Source of the DNA: Delftia acidovorans NBRC 14950
GTDB taxonomy: Bacteria; Pseudomonadota; Gammaproteobacteria; Burkholderiales; Burkholderiaceae_C
Direction of reading: 5' to 3'
Assembly (NCBI RefSeq): GCF_001598795.1
Contig: NZ_BCZP01000005.1
Coordinates: 1-32,000 of the forward strand
Length of the DNA: 32,000 nucleotides
Shown: positions 24,698 to 32,000 of the stretch, one piece after another
Numbering within the stretch: the first letter of the stretch is position 1
Layout of the letters: every line of letters starts with the position of its first letter
The notes under the pieces: generated by a model
Seen by the model: the letters and a program-made list of their open reading frames with translations, nothing else
The model's database searches: none
Told to the model about the DNA's origin: nothing
Translations under genes and position numbers: made by a program

Positions 24698-25744
24698 TCA
24701 ATCCCTGGTGGAAACGATCTGTACCTGCACGCCGGTGGCGCGCAGATGGTCCACGGCGGCATCGATCTTTGCCGCGTCGCCGCTGGCGAAGACAGCCAGC
24801 GAGCCGAAGGTCTGCTCCTGGATCTCGTCGATCTGGCCATGCAGGATGGACAGGTCCAGCCCCAGCTCGCGGATCAGGTGCGACAGGATGGGCTGGTAGG
24901 CGCTCTCGCCCGCATACGACAGGCGCAGCAGCCGGCCTTGCTGGCCCGGCGCCAGCTGGGCGGCCAGCGCGTTCACGCGCACGGCCACCGACTCGGGCAG
25001 TTGCTGGGGCACGATCTCGTCGATCAGGCTGCGCGTGATGGCCTGCTGCGGGCGCGTGAACACGTCGATCACGGGGCCCAGCTCGGCAATCTCGCCGCCG
25101 TCGATCACGGCCACGCGGTCGGCGATCTGCTTGATCACCTGCATCTGGTGCGTGATCAGCACCACGGTCAGGCCCAGCTCCCGGTTGACCTTGCGCAGCA
25201 GGTCCAGGATGGAGCGCGTGGTCTCGGGGTCCAGGGCCGATGTGGCTTCGTCCGACAGCAGCACCTTGGGGTGGCTGGCCAGCGCGCGCGCAATGCCCAC
25301 GCGCTGCTTTTGCCCGCCCGAGATCTGCGCCGGATAGCGGTCGCGCAGCGCGCTCAGGCCCACCAGGTCCAGCAGCGGGTCCACGCGCTTCTTGATGTCG
25401 TCGGCCGACATGCCCGCCATCTCCAGCGGCAGCGCGGCGTTGTCGAACACCGTGCGCGAGGACAGCAGGTTGAAATGCTGAAACACCATGCCGATGTCGC
25501 GGCGCGCCGTGCGCAGCTCGGCATCGCTGAGCTGCATCAGGTCACGGCCGCCCACCAGCACCTGGCCGGAGGTCGGACGGTTGAGCAGGTTCAGGCAGCG
25601 CACCAGCGAGCTTTTGCCCGCGCCGCTGCGGCCGATGATGCCGAACACCTCGCCCGACTCGATCTGCAGGTTGATGCCCCGCAAGGCATGGACGGGCCCG
25701 GTGGGGCCCTTGTAGGTCAGGGAAAGATCCCGAATCTCGATCAT
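24698..25744 (-). CDS. metN: Methionine ABC transporter ATP-binding protein MetN with a C-terminal NIL/ACT-like regulatory domain (348 aa)
   Basis: Walker A is GRSGAGKSS, the signature is [15 protein letters not shown] and Walker B is [11 protein letters not shown]. The C-terminal region of about 100 aa is typical of MetN. Confidence 0.92.
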   Translation of the reverse strand: MIEIRDLSLTYKGPTGPVHALRGINLQIESGEVFGIIGRSGAGKSSLVRCLNLLNRPTSGQVLVGGRDLMQLSDAELRTARRDIGMVFQHFNLLSSRTVFDNAALPLEMAGMSADDIKKRVDPLLDLVGLSALRDRYPAQISGGQKQRVGIARALASHPKVLLSDEATSALDPETTRSILDLLRKVNRELGLTVVLITHQMQVIKQIADRVAVIDGGEIAELGPVIDVFTRPQQAITRSLIDEIVPQQLPESVAVRVNALAAQLAPGQQGRLLRLSYAGESAYQPILSHLIRELGLDLSILHGQIDEIQEQTFGSLAVFASGDAAKIDAAVDHLRATGVQVQIVSTRD

Positions 25745-26177
25745 GAAAAAACGCCGCGGCGCAGGACGGCCTGGGGACGCCGCTGCGCATTGTTGGGAAG
25801 TGGGAGCAAATATAGGTTGCGCGTATAAAAACGCAAACTATAAAAAAATAAAGTAATAAGAAGCTCCGGTTATGCCCAGGACTTCACTACTTTCTGCACA
25901 ACCCTCAACTATGCCTGAATGTGGACACGCCCTTGCCCTGCCGGGCTATGCGCGGCGCCACGGAGCACTGCGGCAAGGCCCTTCTTGCGGCGGCGTCTGA
26001 TTGACAGTGGGGCCGGCACGCTGCCGTCGCGGCCTGGCGGCCCTGGCCCGCTCCTGCTTTTGACGATGGCAAGCACCCGCCGCTGCCGCCGCGCTGACGC
26101 CAGAAGCAGCCTTTGCTGACAGGCCGCGCGGCATGCGCCCTCCTACAGTGGGCTCAACCCCACAGGAGAAGAGCGCC

Positions 26178-29099
26178 ATGCGCCCAGAACAACACTCCGG
26201 CGCCGGCAGCCAGGCCGGCGCGGCTCCCTTGTCGCGGCGCGGCTTTCTGCAGGCTGCCAGCATCGCAGGCGTCAGCGTCTGGGTGGCGCCGCTGGCCAGC
26301 CAGGCCTATGCAGCCCTCTTTGAAGACCGCGTCCTGGGCAGCGTGGCCCGCGAGCCGGCCACGCAGCTGCCGCGCATGCGGCTCGATGGCCGCTCCAAGG
26401 TCATGGGCGCCAAGGTCTTCGCTCGCGACATCCGCGCCCGCGACATGCCGCACTGGCCCCAGCAGCAATCCCATGCCTTCATCGTGCGCACCACGCTGGC
26501 CGACCGGCTGTTCGACGGCATGGATCTTTCCGCACTGGACGGCGAACTGGCGCCCGACCGCGTGGTCACGGCCGAGGACCTGGCGCGCGACGGCCTGGCC
26601 TTTCCCGAGTTCTATGGCGAAGACATGCTGCTGCCACCAGGCAAGACCCCCGCCTACCTGGGCCAGGCCGTGGCCATCCTCATCTACCACGACTTCGCGC
26701 GCTTTCGCTTTGCCAAGGAAAGGCTGCAGGCCACGGCCGGCGTCATCCGCTACGGCCGCATCACGGGCGCGCTGGACCGTCCGCCCTGGGGCGTGTTCCG
26801 CTATGTGCGCCAGGGCGGCGCCACGGCCTTTGACGACGACGTGTTCTCCAGCCTGCGCGATGCCCCGCTGTTCCCCGCCGAACGCAAGCCGCTGGTCTGG
26901 CCGCAGATCTCCAAGGCCGACGCGGTCACGGCACGCGGCCTGCGCGCGGCCGAGCAAATCGCCCAGGAGCTGGCCACGCCGCCCGCCGACTGGCTGGTGC
27001 TGCAGCGCCACTACGCCACGCAATCGGTGGACACGGCCGCGCTGGAGCCCGACAACGCCAACTGCTGGTATGACGCGGCCACGCAAAGCCTGCACATGGT
27101 GCTGGCCACGCAATCGCCGCACGAAGTGGCCGAATGGGCAGCGCAGATGGTGCAGGCCAGCAGGTTCCCGCTCAAGAACCTTTTCGTGCACCCGTGCTAC
27201 ACGGTGGGCTACGGCTCCAAGGACCACGCGCCCATGCCCTACTACGGCCTGGTCTGCGCGCTGTATGCGGACGGCAAGCCCGTGCGCCTGGCCAATGACC
27301 GGTTCGAGCAGTTCCAGTCCTCGCTCAAGCGCCATGCCTTCGAGATCGACTACACCATGGCCATCGACAGGAAGACCGGCCTCTTCCAGAGCCTTGTGGC
27401 CAACATGACGGCCAATGGCGGCGGCCGGGCCAACTTCTCGCCCTCGGTCGCCATGGTCGGCGGCACGGCGGCGCAGTCCATCTACTACTTTCCCAAGAAC
27501 GACATCACCGCCGTGGCCCTGGCCAGCCGCGCGCTGGACGCGGGCTCGGCACGCGGCTACGGCACGCTGCAGAGCATGGCGGCCACCGAAATGATGGTGG
27601 ACGAAATCGCCGAACTGCTGCAGATCGACCCCATCGAGCTGCGCCTGCGCAACGTGCTGACCTCGGGCGCCAAGAACACCCAGGGCGCCATTGCCGCAGG
27701 CGCCCTGCGCGCCGACGAGGTGCTGGAGCGCGCCCGCCGCCATCCGCTGTGGACCGAGCGCGCCAAGCGCAAGACCGCCTACGAGGCCAGCCACCCGGGC
27801 CAGCGCTACGGCGTGGGCTTTGCCTGCGTGCAAAAGGACTTCGGCACGGGCGGCGAGGCGGCCTTCGCCCGCATCGAGATATCGCCCCAGGGCCGCGTGC
27901 TGCTGCACCACTCGGGCACCGAGATCGGCACGGGCATGGGCACCTCGCAGGCCCAGTTGTGCGTGCAATGGTTCGGCAAGCCCGCCGACGAGCTGCAGAC
28001 CGCCTGCCTGGACTGGCCCGAGCTGCCGCTCAAGGCCGAGGGCGACAACTACACCATGCCCCAGGCCGACCAGGACCGCTTCGCCACCCGGCCGCTGTGG
28101 ACGCCGGTCTACGCCTCGCCGGCCAGCGCCAGCAACTCGGCCTACTACTACAGCCACGCCACCAGCGAGACGGCGCGCGTGGTCTTCGAGCACGGCCTGT
28201 GGCCGGCCGCCGTCGCCATCTGGAGCCAGGGCACGGGCGGCGGCCAGAAGGCGCCCTACGTGGTGCGCCGCGAGGACGCGCGCTGGGTCAACGGCATGCT
28301 CACGGCCAACGGCATGCAGCCGCTGTCCCTGCAGGCCCTGGCCCAGAAGGCCCATGCCATGCAGCTGGTCACGGGCGCCGTGGGCCATACCTTCAACCGC
28401 TGGCAATGGGCCGAGGCGGACTTCGACATCCTGGGCACCAGCGCGCGCCGGCCGCTGGACGCGCTGGCCGTGCGCCTGGGCAGCGCGCCCGATGCCGGCG
28501 CCGTCACGCCGGCCCCTGAAACCACAGACACGCCGCAGGCGGCCACGCCCGTTGAGGCCTCTGTCACCGCGCGGCGCAGCGCCGCCGGCTACCGCATGAT
28601 TGCGCGGCGCAACCTGTTCTATCCGCCCATGCAGCGCAACAACGCGGGCGTCACCTACTACAGCGCCAATGCGGCCCTGGTCGAGCTGGCGGTGGACACG
28701 GGCACGGGCGCGGTCGAGCTGCTGGCCCACCACTCCATCATGGAGTGCGGGCGGCCCATCGTGCCTGAGCTGGTGCACGGCCAGCTCGAAGGCGGCATCG
28801 CCATGGGCATAGGCCATGCGCTGTACGAAACCATGCCGCTGTACGAGGGCGGCCCCGGCGACGGCAACTGGAACTTCCACCGCTACCACCTGCCGCGCGG
28901 CAGCGAGGTGGCGGTCTGGAAGCAGACGGCCGAGCTGCTGGCACCTCTGTCGGACACCGATCCGCCCAAGGGCATTGCCGAGGTGGTGATGATTCCCATC
29001 GTCGCCGCCATCGTCAACGGACTGCACCACGCCATTGGCAAGCGCTTCCACGACCTGCCCGTGACCCCGCAAAAGATCAGGGAGGCACTCGCACCATGA
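26178..29099 (+). CDS. Molybdopterin-dependent hydroxylase/aldehyde-oxidase-family large subunit (IorB-like), Tat-exported (973 aa)
   Basis: AGGAGA RBS. The twin-arginine signal is SRRGFLQAASIAGVSVWVAPLASQAYA. The C-terminal Ald_Xan_dh-type region is AALVELAVDTGTGAVELL...GQLEGGIAMGIGHALYE...PKGIAEV. It contains an Ala/Pro/Thr-rich insert around 28480-28570. Confidence 0.85.
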   Translation: MRPEQHSGAGSQAGAAPLSRRGFLQAASIAGVSVWVAPLASQAYAALFEDRVLGSVAREPATQLPRMRLDGRSKVMGAKVFARDIRARDMPHWPQQQSHAFIVRTTLADRLFDGMDLSALDGELAPDRVVTAEDLARDGLAFPEFYGEDMLLPPGKTPAYLGQAVAILIYHDFARFRFAKERLQATAGVIRYGRITGALDRPPWGVFRYVRQGGATAFDDDVFSSLRDAPLFPAERKPLVWPQISKADAVTARGLRAAEQIAQELATPPADWLVLQRHYATQSVDTAALEPDNANCWYDAATQSLHMVLATQSPHEVAEWAAQMVQASRFPLKNLFVHPCYTVGYGSKDHAPMPYYGLVCALYADGKPVRLANDRFEQFQSSLKRHAFEIDYTMAIDRKTGLFQSLVANMTANGGGRANFSPSVAMVGGTAAQSIYYFPKNDITAVALASRALDAGSARGYGTLQSMAATEMMVDEIAELLQIDPIELRLRNVLTSGAKNTQGAIAAGALRADEVLERARRHPLWTERAKRKTAYEASHPGQRYGVGFACVQKDFGTGGEAAFARIEISPQGRVLLHHSGTEIGTGMGTSQAQLCVQWFGKPADELQTACLDWPELPLKAEGDNYTMPQADQDRFATRPLWTPVYASPASASNSAYYYSHATSETARVVFEHGLWPAAVAIWSQGTGGGQKAPYVVRREDARWVNGMLTANGMQPLSLQALAQKAHAMQLVTGAVGHTFNRWQWAEADFDILGTSARRPLDALAVRLGSAPDAGAVTPAPETTDTPQAATPVEASVTARRSAAGYRMIARRNLFYPPMQRNNAGVTYYSANAALVELAVDTGTGAVELLAHHSIMECGRPIVPELVHGQLEGGIAMGIGHALYETMPLYEGGPGDGNWNFHRYHLPRGSEVAVWKQTAELLAPLSDTDPPKGIAEVVMIPIVAAIVNGLHHAIGKRFHDLPVTPQKIREALAP

Positions 29100-29683
29100 G
29101 CCTTGTCCCGCGCCCCTTGTCGCTGACCGTCAACGGCCAGAGCGTCGGCCCCATGGACGTGCCCGAAGGCATGCCCATGATCGACTTCCTGCACGAATAC
29201 CTGAACCTCACCGGCTCGCGCCTGGGCTGCGGCATTGGCGAATGCAGGGCCTGCACCATCATCGTGGACGGGCCCGAGGGCAGCCGCGAGATGCGCACCT
29301 GCATCACCGGCGCCCACTACTTCCAGGGCCGCAAGGTCCGCACCATCGAAGGCATTGCCGACCCGGCCGGCGCGGACACCGCGCCCCCGCCCTCGCCCGG
29401 CGCCTCGGGCCAGCCGCGCAAGGTCATCGCCATCAGCCCCGTGCAGCAGAAGTACCTGGAGCATTTCAGCTTCCAGTGCGGCTACTGCACGCCGGGCTTC
29501 GTCATCGCGGCCACGGTGCTGGTCGAGCGCCTGGCCAAGGCGCCCATCCGCGCGGCCGATGTGGAACAGGTCGTGGGCGAGGCGCTGCAGCCCCACCTGT
29601 GCCGCTGCACCGGATATGTGCGCTACTACGCGGCCGTGAAGGACCTGGTCCTGAACACGCCCGGGCTGACCTTGAAAGGATGA
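29096..29683 (+). CDS. [2Fe-2S]-binding small subunit of the molybdo-hydroxylase (195 aa)
   Basis: ATGA overlap with the large-subunit stop codon. Cluster I is GCGIGECRAC...C and cluster II is QCGYCTPGF...LCRCTGY. A Pro-rich insert (ADPAGADTAPPPSPGASGQPRK, about 29359-29421) separates the two cluster domains. Confidence 0.88.
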   Translation: MSLVPRPLSLTVNGQSVGPMDVPEGMPMIDFLHEYLNLTGSRLGCGIGECRACTIIVDGPEGSREMRTCITGAHYFQGRKVRTIEGIADPAGADTAPPPSPGASGQPRKVIAISPVQQKYLEHFSFQCGYCTPGFVIAATVLVERLAKAPIRAADVEQVVGEALQPHLCRCTGYVRYYAAVKDLVLNTPGLTLKG

Positions 29684-31146
29684 GCGCCATGTCCGCCGCC
29701 GACCACAGCGCAGCCACCCCCACCGCCGCCACCGGCACCACCGCCGCGCCACCCGCAGACTACAGCGGTGCCCGCCCCCCGCCACCGCGCAGGCCCAGGC
29801 GCCGCTGGCGCGGGCTGCTGCTCGTCCTCCTGCTGCTGGCCGTGCTGTTTGCCATTGCCGCCGTCTGGGGCAACCGGCCCCATGTGCCGCAGCGCGAGCC
29901 GCAGGCCGTGCACCGCAGCCCCCAGCAACTGGCCCAGGGCCTGTACCTGGCGCGCGCCGCCGACTGCATGGCCTGCCATGACGGGGTGGGTGGTATGGGT
30001 GGCGCCCGGGAAGGCCAGCCCTTTGCGGGCGGCAAGCCCCTGCCCACGCCCTTCGGCACCCTCTACGGCACCAACATCACCCCCGACCCCGACCACGGCA
30101 TAGGCCGCTGGACGGCCGAGGAATTCCACGCCGCCGTCACGCGCGGCACGGCGCCGGGCGGGCGCCAGCTCTACCCGGCCATGCCCTATGCCTCCTACCA
30201 CCTGATGAGCCGCGAAGACTCGGACCTGATCTACGGCTACCTGATGAACATCCGGCCCGTGGCCCAGCCCAACACCAAGCCCGCCCTGCCCTTCCCCTTC
30301 AACCTGCGCGTGCTCATGTTCGGCTGGAAGACGCTGTTCCTGTCCAGCGCGCCCCTGCCCGTGGGCTCGCAGGGCCAGAGCCCGGCCTGGCTGCGCGGGC
30401 AGTACCTGGGCAATGTCATGGGCCACTGCGCCGAATGCCACACGCCGCGCGGCATGTTCGGCCAGATGCAGAAAGACCGCTGGCTGCAGGGCGGCACGCT
30501 GTCGCTGTTCACGGCCCCCGGCATCACCGCCGAAGCCCTGGCCGCACGCGGCTGGACGCGCGAGGGCATGGCCCAGTTCCTGCAGACGGGCTTCTCGGCC
30601 CACGGCAGCGCCTTCGATGAAATGCACGAGGTCATCGCCAACAGCACCCGGTACCTCACGGCCGAGGACATGACGGCGCTGTCCACCTTCCTGCTGGGCG
30701 ACAACCCGCCCGCGCCCCAGCCCCTGCCGGCCGCAGCGCCTCCGGATTCCGGCACCGGCAACAGCGGGAGCAACGGCGCGGGCACGCTGGACGCGGGCCG
30801 GGGCCACTACATGGCGCTGTGCGCCAGCTGCCACGGCAGCGAAGGCCTGGGCCGCAGCCTCACCATGCCCCCGCTCAAGGGCAACAGCACCGTGCGCCAG
30901 GCCGACGCCCGCAACCTGGTGCTGGCCATCCTCGTCGGCCTGCCCAAGCACCCGGCCACCCAGCAGGGCCCCACGCCCCTGCCCGGCATGCCCGGCTTCA
31001 TGCAGGAACTGACCGATGGCGAAGTCGCCGCCCTGGCCAACTACACCCGCACGGCCCTGGGCGGCCAGCCTGCCGACGTGACCGCCGCCCAGGTGGCAGA
31101 CCTGCGCAGCGCAGCGGGCAAGGCGGGACACAGGCCAGCGCCCTGA
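29680..31146 (+). CDS. Membrane-anchored triheme cytochrome c subunit (488 aa)
   Basis: ATGA overlap with the small-subunit stop codon. The N-terminal anchor is WRGLLLVLLLLAVLFAIAAVWG. Three CxxCH motifs are present: CMACH, CAECH and CASCH. The architecture matches cytochrome subunits of membrane-bound dehydrogenases. Confidence 0.88.
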   Translation: MSAMSAADHSAATPTAATGTTAAPPADYSGARPPPPRRPRRRWRGLLLVLLLLAVLFAIAAVWGNRPHVPQREPQAVHRSPQQLAQGLYLARAADCMACHDGVGGMGGAREGQPFAGGKPLPTPFGTLYGTNITPDPDHGIGRWTAEEFHAAVTRGTAPGGRQLYPAMPYASYHLMSREDSDLIYGYLMNIRPVAQPNTKPALPFPFNLRVLMFGWKTLFLSSAPLPVGSQGQSPAWLRGQYLGNVMGHCAECHTPRGMFGQMQKDRWLQGGTLSLFTAPGITAEALAARGWTREGMAQFLQTGFSAHGSAFDEMHEVIANSTRYLTAEDMTALSTFLLGDNPPAPQPLPAAAPPDSGTGNSGSNGAGTLDAGRGHYMALCASCHGSEGLGRSLTMPPLKGNSTVRQADARNLVLAILVGLPKHPATQQGPTPLPGMPGFMQELTDGEVAALANYTRTALGGQPADVTAAQVADLRSAAGKAGHRPAP

Positions 31147-31212
31147 AACCCCGGCCTGCTCTGCAGGCCCTAGCCCGTATGCCCGCGCCTGCGTCGTGGC
31201 GGTTGCGGGGTT

Positions 31213-31244
31213 GCAGTCCTGCCGAAGGACAGGACTGCTTCGTC
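31213..31244 (+). terminator. Candidate terminator hairpin after the cytochrome c gene
   Basis: GCAGTCCTG (31213-31221) pairs with CAGGACTGC (31230-31238) across an 8-nt loop. Only a weak T tract (TTCGTC) follows. Confidence 0.45.
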
Positions 31245-31367
31245 AACTGGCTGTGATCACAGCCCGAAACCCCGCCCATTGTTTCCACCACGGAACCAAC
31301 CGCGTTCCACCACCCTCCTTTGCCAGCCGCCCCTGTCTCCCTAGAGTGAAAGCAAAAGGAGACAAGC

Positions 31368-32000
31368 ATGTTCGAAGCCAATCTATTCCAGGGCCAGCGC
31401 GTCCTGATCACCGGGGGCGGCACGGGGCTGGGCCTGGCCATGGCGGCCAAGCTGGCGGAGCTGGGTGCCGAGCTGCACCTGTGCGGCCGGCGGCATTCCG
31501 TGGTGCAGCAGGCCTGCGAGATGCTGAACAACGACACGGGCGCGCAGGCCTTTGCGCATGAACTCGACATTCGCCAGCCCGAGGCCGTGCACACCGTCAT
31601 CGACCGCATCTGGGCCGAACACGGCCCGCTGACGGGCCTGGTCAACAACGCGGCCGGCAACTTCGTCAGCCGCACCGAGGACCTGAGCATCAACGGCTTC
31701 CATGCCATCTCGGACATCGTCTTCCGGGGCACCTTCTACGTCACCCAGGCCGTGGGCCGCCGCTGGATCGCCGAAGGGCTGCCGGGCTCGGTGCTGTCCA
31801 TCGTCGTCACCTGGGTGGATACGGGTTCGCCCTTCGTCGTGCCCTCGGCCATGTCCAAGGCCGGGCTGGACGCCATGACCAAATCGCTGGCCGTGGAATG
31901 GGGTCCCAAGCGCATACGGTTCAACGCGATTGCGCCGGGCGTGATTCCCACCCAGGGCGCCAGCCAGCGCCTGCGCCCCAGGATCGACGGCAACGAGGAC
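31368..32000 (+). CDS. Short-chain dehydrogenase/reductase, 2,4-dienoyl-CoA-reductase-like (partial, runs off the window)
   Basis: AAGGAGA RBS. MFEANLFQGQRVLITGGGTGLGLAMA carries a TGxxxGxG motif. NNAAGNF and S...SKAG active-site-like elements are present. No stop codon occurs before position 32000. Confidence 0.85.
   Translation, partial: MFEANLFQGQRVLITGGGTGLGLAMAAKLAELGAELHLCGRRHSVVQQACEMLNNDTGAQAFAHELDIRQPEAVHTVIDRIWAEHGPLTGLVNNAAGNFVSRTEDLSINGFHAISDIVFRGTFYVTQAVGRRWIAEGLPGSVLSIVVTWVDTGSPFVVPSAMSKAGLDAMTKSLAVEWGPKRIRFNAIAPGVIPTQGASQRLRPRIDGNED

Noticed and set aside
25919-26119. A 66-aa ORF in the metN / molybdo-enzyme divergent region.
   Set aside because: It is a GC-rich shadow frame with no RBS and an Arg/Pro/Ala-rich product. 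The region more plausibly holds the promoters of the two divergent operons.

Overview
High-GC proteobacterial chromosome segment. Gene content and codon style suggest a Burkholderiales/Comamonadaceae-like beta-proteobacterium, but that is inference only. All family calls come from motifs read by eye; no searches were run.

Layout, left to right:
1. 1-1940: right-hand end of an integrase-bearing island, with two small HTH ORFs and a tyrosine integrase.
2. 1983-3230: an MFS transporter.
3. 3231-6419: a 718-bp AT-rich spacer followed by a translationally coupled three-gene cassette: APS kinase, Asp/Asn beta-hydroxylase-family cupin, and sulfotransferase-like protein. The cassette is bracketed by two diverged 90-bp copies of the MFS 5' end. 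The second copy (6410-6499) is a gene relic.
4. 6888-8374: an XRE-cupin regulator head-to-head with an EamA/DMT transporter.
5. 8748-10808: a secreted 686-aa protein with four Ig-like repeats and an IPTL/PEP-CTERM-like C-terminal sorting signal, downstream of an AT-rich region.
6. 10991-11722: an orphan class-I glutamine amidotransferase-like gene.
7. 11833-18618: a DeoR-regulated sugar locus with an ABC transporter, a PfkB kinase and a GatZ/KbaZ-family protein.
8. 18715-19359: a vapBC toxin-antitoxin islet.
9. 19378-21457: a LysR regulator divergent from a BASS/YfeH-type transporter.
10. 21517-25744 (minus strand): metN-metI-metQ-mtnD plus a coupled unknown protein.
11. 26178-31146: a Tat-exported molybdo-hydroxylase large subunit, a 2Fe-2S subunit and a triheme cytochrome c, all joined by ATGA overlaps.
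12. 31368-32000: the start of an SDR gene.

No rRNA, tRNA, CRISPR array or IS transposase was seen. The best candidate for an undescribed system is the orphan PAPS-generating hydroxylation/sulfation cassette and its odd genomic junctions. Secondary candidates are the IPTL-CTERM-like surface protein and the unknown protein coupled to acireductone dioxygenase.
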